Assembly: GCA_040757175.1 (NCBI GenBank)
Contig: JBFLXM010000032.1
Coordinates: 7,448-71,447, forward strand
Length of the DNA: 64,000 nucleotides
From: Thermodesulfobacteriota bacterium
GTDB taxonomy: Bacteria; Desulfobacterota; Desulfobaccia; Desulfobaccales; 0-14-0-80-60-11
Reading direction: 5' to 3'
This document shows, one piece after another, positions 1 through 10,451 of the stretch (positions are counted from its first letter, which is position 1; each line of letters begins with the position of its first letter). Under the pieces are notes generated by a model. The model did no database searches. It was given only the letters and a program-made list of their open reading frames with translations, and had not been told where the DNA came from. Both the position numbers and the translations under genes were made by a program.

Positions 1-224
1 AGGGCATTGTGAACGATCTCATGGCCATGGTGGCCGGAGGCAGCAATGGACGGAGCCAGGAAAGAAACGGCAGGCACATCTTAGGGGAGCCCCTGACCCT
101 GGTGCGGCAGGCTGTCGGTAGCCCCTCCAGGGACAACAATATCCTGATCCACGACTCCCCCTCCGGGGAAGTACACCCGGCCCAGGTCATCCCTCTGGAA
201 GGGGATAATTTTAAGAAAATATAA
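1..224 (+). CDS. 3' end of an upstream gene, probably another methyl-accepting chemotaxis protein (partial)
   Basis: The open frame runs off the left edge. Its C-terminal tail (..[14 protein letters not shown]) resembles the tail of the MCP at 274-1911 (..[14 protein letters not shown]). Confidence 0.4.
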   Translation, partial: GIVNDLMAMVAGGSNGRSQERNGRHILGEPLTLVRQAVGSPSRDNNILIHDSPSGEVHPAQVIPLEGDNFKKI

Positions 225-273
225 GGGACCGGCCCTGAGGGAATCCCTGAAGAATAAAATTTGGAGGCTGCAT

Positions 274-1911
274 ATGCGCTTACATATCCGTTACAAGATT
301 TTAGCGGAGTTCGCACTGGTTATCCTGGTGTTCATGGGCTTGATTTTCCTGTGGGTGCTGCCGACCATGAAAAAGGCGATTTTCAAGGAAAAGCAGACCC
401 AGATCCAGTTTATGACTCAATCGGTTTTCAGCCTGATGGAGCAATTTCATGCCCGGGAGCAAAAAGGGGAGTTTACCCGGGAGGAAGCCCAGGCAAGATG
501 CCTGGACCGGATCAAAACCTTGCGATACGGCCCGGAGAATAAGGACTATTTCTGGGTCAATGACTTCGGTCCCAAGATGTTGATGCATCCATACGCCACG
601 CATTTGAACGGCAAGGATCTCAACGATTTCAAAGACCCCAAGGGCAAGCACCTGTTCGTGGAGTTTGTCAAGACCTGCAAAGACAAGGGTGAGGGGTTCG
701 TGGATTACATGTGGCAGTGGAAAGACAACAAGGACCTCATCGTCCCCAAGATTTCCTTTGTCAAGGGCTTTACTCCCTGGGGCTGGATTGTGGGCACCGG
801 AGTATATGTCAATGACGTGGACGAGCAGATTGCCGGCTTGAGGAACAACCTGTTGCTGGTGATTATTCCGGTGGTCTTGCTCCTGACGATGATGCTCTAC
901 CTGCCCCTGCGCAGCCTGGGGCGCCTGGGGGAAGTGACCCAGCAGATGCAGCGGGCTTCGGAAGAGGTGTACAGCGCCTCCTCAGAGGTGGCCGCCACTT
1001 CCCAGACCTTATCCCAGGGAGCCTCCGAGCAGGCCGCCAGTCTGGAGCAGACCTCCGCGTCCCTGGAAGAGCTGACGGCCATGACCCGGCAAAACGCGGA
1101 TAATGCCCGGGAGGCCAACCAGATGATGCGGGATACCACCCAGGTGGTGAAAAAAGCCAATGAGACCATGGCGGCCACCCAGAAGGCCATGGATGCGGTG
1201 TCCCAGGCAGGGTCGGAGATTGCCAAGATCATCAAGACCATTGATGAGATTTCCTTCCAGACCAACCTGTTGTCCCTGAACGCGGCGGTGGAAGCGGCCC
1301 GGGCCGGGGAGGCGGGGAAGGGTTTTGCCGTGGTGGCGGAAGAGGTCCGCTCCCTGGCGCAAAGAGCCGCCACCGCCGCCAAGACTACCTCGCAATTGAT
1401 CGAGGGGACGGTGACCCGCATTGCCGAAGGTGCGGGCCTGGTGAAACAGGCCGAGGCCGCGTTCCAAGAGTTGAGCAAGGGAGCGCAAAGGGTGGCCCAG
1501 TTGGTGGACGAGATCACCGCAGCCAGCCAGGAGCAAGCCCACGGCTTGGATCAGATCTCCCAGTCCATGTCCCATATGGATCAGGTGGTGCAGAGCACCG
1601 CAGCCAGCGCTGAGGAAGCCGCAGCCACCAGCCGGGAGCTCTCCTCCCAAAGCCGTAACATGCAAACAATTATGCAACAATTAGACGATTTGGTGGGGAC
1701 CGCCCAGCAAAACGGCAACAAGTCTGCAGATTCTGGGGGACCTGGGGTCTATGCCGGGAAACGGACTCCCCAGATTGCCGGCAGGGGGGCGGAGAAAAAA
1801 AAGGCCCAGAAACCTGGGACCACAGCCGGAGCCCTGCCTCCCCCCAAAGGCAAGGCACTATCGCCGGAGCAAGTGATTCCTTTTGATGAGGAGCATTTTA
1901 AGGAATTCTAG
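274..1911 (+). CDS. Methyl-accepting chemotaxis protein with a periplasmic single-Cache-like sensor
   Basis: 545 aa. It has an N-terminal TM, a Cache-like segment ([26 protein letters not shown]) and a second TM. The MCP signalling domain is canonical ([38 protein letters not shown]). A GGAGG RBS precedes the ATG. Confidence 0.9.
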   Translation: MRLHIRYKILAEFALVILVFMGLIFLWVLPTMKKAIFKEKQTQIQFMTQSVFSLMEQFHAREQKGEFTREEAQARCLDRIKTLRYGPENKDYFWVNDFGPKMLMHPYATHLNGKDLNDFKDPKGKHLFVEFVKTCKDKGEGFVDYMWQWKDNKDLIVPKISFVKGFTPWGWIVGTGVYVNDVDEQIAGLRNNLLLVIIPVVLLLTMMLYLPLRSLGRLGEVTQQMQRASEEVYSASSEVAATSQTLSQGASEQAASLEQTSASLEELTAMTRQNADNAREANQMMRDTTQVVKKANETMAATQKAMDAVSQAGSEIAKIIKTIDEISFQTNLLSLNAAVEAARAGEAGKGFAVVAEEVRSLAQRAATAAKTTSQLIEGTVTRIAEGAGLVKQAEAAFQELSKGAQRVAQLVDEITAASQEQAHGLDQISQSMSHMDQVVQSTAASAEEAAATSRELSSQSRNMQTIMQQLDDLVGTAQQNGNKSADSGGPGVYAGKRTPQIAGRGAEKKKAQKPGTTAGALPPPKGKALSPEQVIPFDEEHFKEF

Positions 1912-2030
1912 GACAGCCGCCGATATTCTAATTGTAAACATTACCCCTTGGGGCGAACCTATCCCGGGGTGGCTGAGCCGAAGGCCGGCGACCCCGTGAT
2001 TGATGCAGATTATGCAGGAGGTATAAACCC

Positions 2031-2546
2031 GTGTCTCAAGCAGCAAGGCAGATCCAACAAGATGTCAACGCCCTCCAAGAGAAAGAGGGAAAATATCTCA
2101 CCTTTACCCTGGCCCAAGAGGATTATGGCCTGGAGATTTTGAAGGTCAGGGAAATCATCGGCATGATGGATATCACCGCGGTGCCCCAAACCCCGGAATA
2201 CGTCAAAGGGGTGATCAATCTCCGGGGCCGGGTGATCCCGGTCATTGACCTGCGGCTCAAGTTTGGACTGGAAGCTGCAGAATATGGAGAACGCACCTGC
2301 ATCATCGTGGTGGAGGTGCAAAGTGAGATGGGGCCGGTACAAATGGGAGTGGTGGTGGATTCGGTCTCAGAAGTCTTGAACATCAATGGGGACGACATCG
2401 AACCTGCCCCCTCTTTCGGTACCCGCTTGAAGAACCAGTACATCCTGGGCATCGCCAAGGCCAAGGGGACTATCAAGATCCTTTTGGATATCGATCGGGT
2501 GTTGACCAGCGAAGAAATGACCGGGCTTGAGGGCCTGGGGGGATAA
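2031..2546 (+). CDS. cheW: Chemotaxis coupling protein CheW
   Basis: 171 aa with a typical CheW fold signature (YLTFTLAQEDYGLEILKVREIIG..VINLRGRVIPVIDLR). GTG start 9 nt after AGGAGG. Confidence 0.9.
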   Translation: MSQAARQIQQDVNALQEKEGKYLTFTLAQEDYGLEILKVREIIGMMDITAVPQTPEYVKGVINLRGRVIPVIDLRLKFGLEAAEYGERTCIIVVEVQSEMGPVQMGVVVDSVSEVLNINGDDIEPAPSFGTRLKNQYILGIAKAKGTIKILLDIDRVLTSEEMTGLEGLGG

Positions 2547-2639
2547 GAGGTTGGTAAGGATGTAATGGTCGTCACCTTTGCCAGGGGAAAAACCCGGCAA
2601 ACCAGAGGAGAACCGGCGGGCGGCGCCCCCGGTCTCGGT

Positions 2640-3464
2640 ATGGTAATGCCGGAGATCACCGATGCTGAATTTAACCAGTTGAGCCAACTGGTTTACCAGC
2701 ATGCCGGCATTCATCTGCCACCCCAGAAAAAGGAGCTGGTGCGTTCTCGGTTGACCAAATTTCTCAGGAATCGAAAGCTTACCAGCTTCCATGAGTATTA
2801 CCGGCAGGTGCTGGATGATACCTCCGGGCTTGAGCTCATCGATCTCCTGGATGCCATCTCCACCAACATGACGGCATTTTGGAGGGAACCTAAGCACTTC
2901 GAATTCTTGGGCCAGGAACTGCTGCCGGCACTGCGGCAAAAGTGTAACCGGACGCCGCAGTGGCGTTTCTGGAGCGCCGGGTGTTCCAGCGGCGAAGAGC
3001 CTTACACCATGGCCATGGTCCTCTTAAACGCCATAACTGACAAGGATATGTCCGGGGTCAAGATCTATGCCTCGGATATCAATACTCAAGTACTGAACCA
3101 GGCCCAACGGGGCATCTACCCTTTGAGCCGGGTGGAACCTTTGTCCCCGGAATGGCGGCGGCGTTTTTTTCAAAAAGGGGTCAACCAGTTTGAAGGGTAC
3201 GTCCGGGTGAAGCCGGAAGTGAAACAAATGGTGGAATTCTTCCGCTTGAACCTGATGGAGCCTTTCCCCTTTAAAGAGGGTTTCGACGTCATCTTTTGCC
3301 GCAATGTGATGATTTATTTTGAAAAAAGTACGCAGACAGAGCTGGTCAGAAAATTTCATCACTGTCTGAAACCTGGCGGTTATCTTTTTATTGGACATTC
3401 GGAGAGCTTGTGCAACATCAGCCATCAGTTTGCGTACGTCAAACCGACCATCTATCGGAAATAG
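2640..3464 (+). CDS. cheR: Chemotaxis protein methyltransferase CheR
   Basis: CheR N-terminal helical domain plus SAM-MTase core (FWSAGCSSGEEPYTMAM..IFCRNVMIYF). Start moved to the internal ATG at 2640; the ORF-track N-terminal extension is G/P/R-rich and has no CheR-like sequence. Confidence 0.9.
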   Translation: MVMPEITDAEFNQLSQLVYQHAGIHLPPQKKELVRSRLTKFLRNRKLTSFHEYYRQVLDDTSGLELIDLLDAISTNMTAFWREPKHFEFLGQELLPALRQKCNRTPQWRFWSAGCSSGEEPYTMAMVLLNAITDKDMSGVKIYASDINTQVLNQAQRGIYPLSRVEPLSPEWRRRFFQKGVNQFEGYVRVKPEVKQMVEFFRLNLMEPFPFKEGFDVIFCRNVMIYFEKSTQTELVRKFHHCLKPGGYLFIGHSESLCNISHQFAYVKPTIYRK

Positions 3465-3475
3465 GGGCCCGGAGA

Positions 3476-3961
3476 ATGCAACTTGTGGTGGGCGTCGCCG
3501 ATATGAAGATCGGCAACCAGGCGGAACAAGTGATTATTACCCATGCCCTGGGGTCGTGCATCGGCGTGGCGATCTATGATCCCCACGTCAGAGTGGGCGG
3601 TCTCCTCCATTATATGCTGCCGGAGTCCTCCTTGGATGAAGAAAAAAGCCGGGAGAACCCTTTCATGTTTGCGGACACCGGCATTCCCAGACTCTTCAAG
3701 GAATGCTACCGCCTGGGCGCTTTGAAGCAGCGGATGCTGGTGAAGGTGGCCGGGGGCAGTCAAGTCCTGGGGGGACCCGAGCATTTCAATATCGGCCGGC
3801 GGAATTATGCGGCCTTACGGAAGATCTTTTTAAAGAACAATGTCCTTATTGGCAAGGAAGATGTGGGTGGGACTAAAGCCAGGACGATGTATCTGGAGAT
3901 CGCCACAGGCAAGGTGTGGGTAAAAATCATCGGTCAAACTCAGACCATTATCGAGTTATAG
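3476..3961 (+). CDS. cheD: Chemoreceptor glutamine deamidase CheD
   Basis: MQLVVGVADMKIG..ITHALGSCIGV..GGLLHYMLP is the conserved CheD core. The ATG at 3476 is preceded by GGAGA. The track's longer ORF overlaps cheR. Confidence 0.85.
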   Translation: MQLVVGVADMKIGNQAEQVIITHALGSCIGVAIYDPHVRVGGLLHYMLPESSLDEEKSRENPFMFADTGIPRLFKECYRLGALKQRMLVKVAGGSQVLGGPEHFNIGRRNYAALRKIFLKNNVLIGKEDVGGTKARTMYLEIATGKVWVKIIGQTQTIIEL

Positions 3962-3973
3962 GAGAACAGGGCC

Positions 3974-4858
3974 ATGAGTCTTGTGCCGCAAGTCCTTAGG
4001 TCATTGAAGAATCTACCGCCATTCCCGATGGTGGCCCAACGGACCTTGGTTCTGCTCAATAAACCGGAGGTGAGCATCCAGGAACTGGTGGAGGTGGTGA
4101 AATTCGACCCCGCCATTACCGCCAACATCCTGCGCATCAGCAATTCCGCTTACTTCGGTTTGCGGCGGGAGATTCATTCGCTGCACCAGGCCCTGCTCCT
4201 GCTGGGCACCCAAGAACTTTTGAAGATCATTATCGCCAGCGGGGCCACCCGCCTTTTCTCCGCACCCACTCCTGGCTATTTTACCGAACGCCAGGGCTTA
4301 TGGCGGCACTCCGTGAGCTGCGCCTTGATGGTGGACGTGCTCTCCCGGGAGCTCTCCTTGCCGGATCAAGCTACGGGATTTACCGCGGGGCTGATGCACG
4401 ACATCGGTAAAATTGTGCTGAGCCTCTTTGTGGAGCAGAAATTCCATGAAATCATGGAGGTGGTGGAACAGCAGGGCGTCTCCTTCCAGGCTGCGGAAAA
4501 GATCATCCTGGGAGTAGACCACGCCGAAATGGGGGGAGAGATGGCCCGCATGTGGGATTTTCCCGACCGCCTGCGCCTGGCCATCACCTATCATCACCTG
4601 GATAAACCTGAAGCCTATACCGACGATCTGATCCTGCTTGTTTACCTGGCCGACATCCTTTGTTTGATGTTCGGCCAGGATCTGGGGTCAGACGGCCTGG
4701 CTTATACCGGCTATCCCGAAGTGCTGCGCCACTTTCATTTGCGCGAGCGGAACTTGCAAAAAGTCTTATTGCAATTCGGCAGCGCCTGGGATGAAGCGCA
4801 AATTCTCTTCGGCCTTATGGGACAACAAGATGGCGTACAACGTGCTAATCGTGGATGA
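3974..4858 (+). CDS. HDOD domain protein (HD-related output domain) embedded in the che cluster
   Basis: N-terminal LPPFPMVAQRTLVLLNKPEVSIQELVEVVKFDPAITANILRISNSAYFGL and a later GLMHDIGKIVL are typical HDOD motifs. Confidence 0.8.
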   Translation: MSLVPQVLRSLKNLPPFPMVAQRTLVLLNKPEVSIQELVEVVKFDPAITANILRISNSAYFGLRREIHSLHQALLLLGTQELLKIIIASGATRLFSAPTPGYFTERQGLWRHSVSCALMVDVLSRELSLPDQATGFTAGLMHDIGKIVLSLFVEQKFHEIMEVVEQQGVSFQAAEKIILGVDHAEMGGEMARMWDFPDRLRLAITYHHLDKPEAYTDDLILLVYLADILCLMFGQDLGSDGLAYTGYPEVLRHFHLRERNLQKVLLQFGSAWDEAQILFGLMGQQDGVQRANRG

Positions 4859-5249
4859 TTCGGCCACCATGCGGGCCTTGATCCGCAAGGTGCTGGTAAT
4901 TTCCGGCTTCGATATCGGGGAGTATTTTGAAGGGGCCAATGGTCTCGAAGCCCTGGAAATCCTGGAGCAGAACTGGGTGGACATTATCCTCTCCGACCTG
5001 CACATGCCGGAAATGGATGGCGCCGGTCTGGTGCAGGAGTTAAAGAAACACGAAATGTGGCGCAACATCCCGGTGGTTCTCATCACCACCGAGGCCCGGC
5101 CGGAGGTCATCAAACCCTTCATGAATCTCGGGGTCCAGGATTATATCCAGAAACCTTTTCGTCCGGAACTCATCAGGCAGAAGCTATCCGGACTCTTAGG
5201 GGAGGCCCGTACAACGGATGCTAGCGAAATTGAAAGCTGCGACTTTTGA
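4830..5249 (+). CDS. cheY: CheY-like single-domain response regulator
   Basis: MAYNVLIVDDS..ILSDLHMPEMDG..IQKPF receiver-domain motifs. Start set at the ATG at 4830. Confidence 0.85.
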   Translation: MAYNVLIVDDSATMRALIRKVLVISGFDIGEYFEGANGLEALEILEQNWVDIILSDLHMPEMDGAGLVQELKKHEMWRNIPVVLITTEARPEVIKPFMNLGVQDYIQKPFRPELIRQKLSGLLGEARTTDASEIESCDF

Positions 5250-5655
5250 GGTATTAGAGACCATGTTTTACCTCTTTCCCGAAAGTTTGGAAGGAGGTGA
5301 GACACTGCGCTCCCGGGGACCGTTTCTTCGCTCCTCGGTGACCATAGCCGGCCCTCAAGCCATTCGCATCGGCTTGCAGGTCCCCCAAAGCTTGGCCTGC
5401 AAAATGGCCGCCAATTTTCTCGGCGCTACCGAAGCGGAAATATCCCAGACGGAAATGGAAGACATACTCAAAGAGACCACCAACATGATAGCCGGCTCTT
5501 TCCTCAGCAAGTTAGAGGCCTCAGCAGCTTTTAAACTGCAAACACCTTTGATCCAGGTGCTCGGTGCTAAAGATAAAAATAAAAAAGAGCCGGAAAAAAG
5601 TCTGCGCTTTGAGGTGGACGAAGAAGTGATGGAACTATTTGTGGAGAAGGGGTAG
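5218..5655 (+). CDS. CheX/CheC-like chemotaxis phosphatase domain protein
   Basis: 145 aa. The N-terminal ..FEVLETMFY.. and central TNMIAGSF segments resemble the CheX family, and the gene lies between cheY and cheB. The assignment comes from remembered family patterns only. Confidence 0.55.
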   Translation: MLAKLKAATFEVLETMFYLFPESLEGGETLRSRGPFLRSSVTIAGPQAIRIGLQVPQSLACKMAANFLGATEAEISQTEMEDILKETTNMIAGSFLSKLEASAAFKLQTPLIQVLGAKDKNKKEPEKSLRFEVDEEVMELFVEKG

Positions 5656-6696
<1,041 letters not shown>

Positions 6697-6871
6697 ACGT
6701 AACTGCGGGTAGGATAAATGTTTTTTCCTCCAGGCCCTGCCTCTCCCGGAAGGATTCCTTATTGACAAGACCGTGATTGGACAGTAACTTAAGTATGGCG
6801 AGACGGGTGGCGGCTTAATTCCGGCCCCGGCTCCGCCCACTTCATCAAGCCCCATTACCGGGATTAATAAT

Positions 6872-7519
6872 TTGCTGAAACTGATAGCCTTTGATTGCGA
6901 CGGGGTGCTATTCGACTCCCGCCAAGCCAATATTGCCTTCTATAATGCCATCCTGGAACAGTTCGGGCAGCCGCGCCTGAGCCCTGCAGCCACGGATTTC
7001 GTGCACAGCCACACCGTTATCCAATCCCTGGAATACCTCTTCCAGGGCTATCCCCATCTGGACGCGGTCTGGCAGTATACCCGCAGCCTGGATTACCACC
7101 AGTTCATCCCCATGATGGTGGAAGAGCCCCACTTAAGGGAGTTTCTCCAGTTCCTGCGCCCCACTTTTGCCAGGGCACTGGCCACCAACCGCACCACCAC
7201 CACCAAAGCGGTGCTGCAATACCACCGTTTGGAGGATCAATTCGACCTGGTGGTCTCGGCCCAGGATGTGACGCATCCTAAACCGCATCCTGAGTCTTTC
7301 TGGCGCATCCTGGATCATTTCGGCCTGAAACCCCGGCAAGCCATCTTCTTCGGTGACTCCCGGGTGGACGAAGAGTTCGCCAAAAATGCCGGGGTACCCC
7401 TGGTGGCTTACCGCAACCCGGAGCTCCATGCTGACTTCTTCCTGGATTCCTTTGCCGGCGCTCCGGCCTTGATCACCGACCTGGTGTCAGGAAAAATCGG
7501 CCTGCCGGAGGGGCCGTAG
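6872..7519 (+). CDS. HAD-superfamily hydrolase (phosphatase-like)
   Basis: DxDG motif I (IAFDCDGVLFDS) and a C-terminal FFGDSRVDEEFA motif. TTG start as in the track. Confidence 0.75.
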   Translation: MLKLIAFDCDGVLFDSRQANIAFYNAILEQFGQPRLSPAATDFVHSHTVIQSLEYLFQGYPHLDAVWQYTRSLDYHQFIPMMVEEPHLREFLQFLRPTFARALATNRTTTTKAVLQYHRLEDQFDLVVSAQDVTHPKPHPESFWRILDHFGLKPRQAIFFGDSRVDEEFAKNAGVPLVAYRNPELHADFFLDSFAGAPALITDLVSGKIGLPEGP

Positions 7520-7592
7520 GTCTTTGGTCTTCGCCTAAATAAGGATAAAAAAATCATTGGCTTAACGGGCAAGGCGGAAAAGGAGGACGGCC

Positions 7593-7754
7593 ATGGAAAA
7601 ATATCAATGTAACATCTGCGGCTACATTTACGATCCCGAACTGGGAGACCCGGACAACAATATCCCCCCCAATACTCCCTTTGAGAACCTGCCGGCGGAT
7701 TGGGTCTGTCCCATCTGCGGGGCTGCCAAAGACCAGTTCTCCCCGGTGGATTAA
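7593..7754 (+). CDS. rub: Rubredoxin (53 aa; below the ORF-track length cutoff)
   Basis: My translation is [53 protein letters not shown]. It has two CxxCG knuckles with rubredoxin spacing. An AAGGAGGA RBS lies 5 nt upstream of the ATG. Confidence 0.9.
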   Translation: MEKYQCNICGYIYDPELGDPDNNIPPNTPFENLPADWVCPICGAAKDQFSPVD

Positions 7755-7756
7755 TA

Positions 7757-7784
7757 CGGTTTTCCGTTTTCCGTTTTCCGTTGG
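7757..7784. repeat. Heptamer tandem array (TTTTCCG-type, about 3.5 units)
   Basis: cggttttccgttttccgttttccgtt lies directly after the rubredoxin stop codon. Confidence 0.9.
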
Positions 7785-7864
7785 AAAGGCGTTGGCTCAA
7801 TAGGCAGGGAGAATTAAGATAAACCTGTTTATCGTGTGGTTAAATAATATCAAGGCATGGGAAT

Positions 7865-8596
7865 ATGGCCTTCATGGCTCTGAACAACCAAGACAAAAGC
7901 CGGCAGAATAACGCCCTGAAAAAACCCTTTTGGCGGGAATATGGCGAAGCTCTGTTCATCGCCCTGGTGCTGGCCCTGGTCATCCGGGCCTTCGTGGTCC
8001 AGGCCTTCTCCATTCCCTCCGGCTCCATGATCCCCACCCTCCTGGTGGGGGATTACCTGTTGGTGAACAAATTCAGTTACGGCATCCGCAACCCCTTCTC
8101 CAACAAGGTCTTGGTCCCCACCTGGAAACCCCAGCGGGGGGACGTGGCGGTCTTCATCTTCCCCCAGGACCCTTCCAAAGACTATATCAAGAGGCTTATC
8201 GGGCTGCCGGGAGACCGAGTGCAGATCATCAACAAGAAAGTCTTGATCAACGGCCAACCTTATGAGGTTCCCCAGGCCCGTTTTGCCGATAAAGAACTCA
8301 TTCCCGCCAACCAATCCCCCCGGGACAACTTCGGGCCGGTGGTGGTGCCCAAAGACTCCTATTTCTTCATGGGGGACAACCGGGACCAGAGTTATGACAG
8401 CCGGTTCTGGGGCTTCGTGCCCATGGACGATCTCCGGGGCAAGGCTGTGGTTATTTACTTTTCCTGGGAGGGTTCGGACCACCAACCCCTCTACCTGGCC
8501 TTCCTGGGCGGCCTCAAGGGCTTGATCACCCACCAGGCCTGGGATGCCGGCTATTTCAAGGTGCGCTGGGGCCGCATCGGCAAGTTGATCCATTAA
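7865..8596 (+). CDS. lepB: Signal peptidase I
   Basis: IPSGSMIPTL (catalytic Ser box), KRLIGLPGD and GDNRDQSYDSRFWGFVP boxes. Confidence 0.92.
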   Translation: MAFMALNNQDKSRQNNALKKPFWREYGEALFIALVLALVIRAFVVQAFSIPSGSMIPTLLVGDYLLVNKFSYGIRNPFSNKVLVPTWKPQRGDVAVFIFPQDPSKDYIKRLIGLPGDRVQIINKKVLINGQPYEVPQARFADKELIPANQSPRDNFGPVVVPKDSYFFMGDNRDQSYDSRFWGFVPMDDLRGKAVVIYFSWEGSDHQPLYLAFLGGLKGLITHQAWDAGYFKVRWGRIGKLIH

Positions 8597-8712
8597 AAGC
8601 AGTTTTCGGTTTTTTTTGAACACTTCCTTTTTCTGCATCGACAGGATAAAAGATTGTTATTGGAGTTTATTCAACAAAAATTAGGAAGTGCCCCTATTTT
8701 AAGAAGGTACTA

Positions 8713-9147
8713 ATGCCCATCCCCCGCCTGACCGTTATTACTCTTGGGGTCACTGACTTAGCGAAGGCCACCAGGTTCTACGAGACTATCTTCGGGATTG
8801 GCCCTTACCCGGGGTATGAAGGGGTCTCGTTTTTCGAGCTCCCCGGCGTCTGGCTGACGCTCTATCCGGTCGATAAGTTGGCCGCAGACATCTCGCCGCA
8901 ATTGTCTCCCGACGGCAGTGGTTTCAGTGGCATAACCCTGGCGTACAACGCCCGCAGCAAGGACGAAGTCATTGCCATTTTCGAGGAAGTCAGGGCTGCG
9001 GGCGCGTCTATCGTTAAACCCCCGCAAGACACTTTCTGGGGTGGCTTTAGCGGCTACTTCGCCGACCTGGATGGCTATTACTGGGAAGTGGTTTGGGGGC
9101 CGATGTTTGACTTTGCGCCTGACGGGTCTTTACGCTTTAAAAAGTAG
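8713..9147 (+). CDS. VOC/glyoxalase-family protein
   Basis: 144 aa with a glyoxalase-like beta-alpha-beta pattern (ITLGVTDLAKATRFYE..GYFADLDGYYWEV). Confidence 0.7.
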   Translation: MPIPRLTVITLGVTDLAKATRFYETIFGIGPYPGYEGVSFFELPGVWLTLYPVDKLAADISPQLSPDGSGFSGITLAYNARSKDEVIAIFEEVRAAGASIVKPPQDTFWGGFSGYFADLDGYYWEVVWGPMFDFAPDGSLRFKK

Positions 9148-9155
9148 CGGGAAGA

Positions 9156-10187
9156 ATGCCATCGGCCCACCGTGATAAACCATTGTGGCCAGGTTTATCC
9201 CTCCCCGCCATGAAGTTCAGAAATACACTTATACATATGCCTTTTGTCTTTTCCAACCGAAAACGGCAAACCAAAAATCGAAATCACCTATGGACCTTGC
9301 CACTATTGATGTTTTTATTGGCGGCCGCCTGTGGCCCTGCCTCTGCCCCTATAATTGTCTTTTGTTCCCCGGATTCGCCCCGGATGCGCCAGGCCATCGC
9401 CGGGCTGGAAGCGTCTTTGGGGCAGGGCCGGCTGGAAGTGGTCTGCATCCCGGAGTTCGGCGGCCAGGGAGACGAGGAGTTGCGCCGCCTGCGGAGCCGC
9501 AACCCCCGGCTGCTGGTAGTCCTGGGCACCCCGGCCCTGATCCGGGTGGCCCCGGTGGAAAAACGGACGCCCGTGGTCTTCGCGTTGGTGGCCAATCCCT
9601 ATTTCACCGGCGCCGCGTATGAACCGGAGCATCCGGAGATTCACCAGGGAAATATCACCGGCGTCTTCTCCCCGCCGCCCCTGGACACGGCTTTGGAGCA
9701 GGGGGCCGCGCTCTTGGGCGCGGGTTCCTGGGGCCTGCTCTACGACCCCAATGACGGGGTGGCGGTGGAGCTCCAAAAGCGCTTCCGGCAAGAGGCCCCG
9801 GGCTATGGCCTGAAGCCCTTGACTGCCGCCAGCGCCGCGGCCGCCACGGATCGCCAGGGACTGGAGAAGCTGCTGGCCCAGGGGGCCAGGGTGATTTATC
9901 TCCCCCCCACTCCCGGCGCGGCCCGGTATGCCCCCCTGCTGCTGGAGTGGGGCAGGAAACAAAAGGTGATGGTGGTGAGCAGCCACCCGGAGTTTCACCA
10001 GGGCGCGATTCTCTGGGTGGCCCTGGATTACCGCCGCCTGGGGGAGGAGGCCGGGGCCCTGGCTCGGCGGGTCCTGAACGGGGAGGCCCCGGACAAAATT
10101 CCCATTGCGGAAAAGGCCCCCCTTAAGGTACAAGTGGACGAGCGGCTGCTCCGGAAATGGAGCGGGTATCCTGCAGCCCGAAAATAA
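9156..10187 (+). CDS. ABC transporter substrate-binding lipoprotein (ABC_sub_bind-like family)
   Basis: Lipobox-like LLAAAC. The central VVFALVANPY..QGNITGVFSPPP resembles the conserved NvTGv segment of that family. The true start is probably an internal Met. Confidence 0.55.
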   Translation: MPSAHRDKPLWPGLSLPAMKFRNTLIHMPFVFSNRKRQTKNRNHLWTLPLLMFLLAAACGPASAPIIVFCSPDSPRMRQAIAGLEASLGQGRLEVVCIPEFGGQGDEELRRLRSRNPRLLVVLGTPALIRVAPVEKRTPVVFALVANPYFTGAAYEPEHPEIHQGNITGVFSPPPLDTALEQGAALLGAGSWGLLYDPNDGVAVELQKRFRQEAPGYGLKPLTAASAAAATDRQGLEKLLAQGARVIYLPPTPGAARYAPLLLEWGRKQKVMVVSSHPEFHQGAILWVALDYRRLGEEAGALARRVLNGEAPDKIPIAEKAPLKVQVDERLLRKWSGYPAARK

Positions 10188-10243
10188 ATGATTTCTCACG
10201 CAAAGACGCCAAGGCGCAAAGACGCAAGAATTTTTCTTTCCTC

Positions 10244-10266
10244 GTTCCCAAGCTGCGCTTGGGAAC
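10244..10266. repeat. REP-type hairpin (GTTCCCAAGC..GCTTGGGAAC family)
   Basis: gttcccaagctgcgcttgggaac, followed by a related cccgaagcttggcttcgg hairpin. The same family recurs at 42661-42683 and 55347-55369. Confidence 0.75.
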
Positions 10267-10304
10267 GCACTTGGACCCGAAGCTTGGCTTCGGAACATAA
10301 CCGA

Positions 10305-10391
10305 ATGAGAACCCGGTATAAGATTAACGATGCAGGTCAAATATATTTCATCACTTGCACTATTGTTGAATGGATTCCAGTATACCCATAA
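10305..10391 (+). pseudogene. N-terminal remnant of an IS200/RAYT-like (Y1) transposase
   Basis: The 28-codon ORF MRTRYKINDAGQIYFITCTIVEWIPVYP* matches the conserved N-terminal strand of the YKF..g.YF.T...v.W..vF transposase family and then stops. It is preceded by REP hairpins and an 8-nt repeat (acgcaaag acgccaag gcgcaaag acgcaaga, about 10195-10230). Confidence 0.5.
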
Positions 10392-10406
10392 TCAAATTCA
10401 AGAATA

Positions 10407-10434
10407 GGAACTTTGAACCTGGAACCTGGAACTT
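10407..10434. repeat. Heptamer tandem array (GGAACCT/CTGGAAC type)
   Basis: ggaactttgaacctggaacctggaactt lies just upstream of the first M16 peptidase start. Confidence 0.85.
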
Positions 10435-10451
10435 CTCTCTGGAGGACTTGC

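Noticed and set aside
2565-2639. N-terminal extensions in the ORF track: cheR from 2565, cheD from 3410, cheY from 4791, argJ from 22392, zur from 33472, glmS from 40039, hyuA-like from 33539, GNAT from 18472
   Set aside because: In each case an internal ATG with a proper Shine-Dalgarno sequence coincides with the conserved family N-terminus. The extension either overlaps the previous gene or runs through REP or heptamer repeats.
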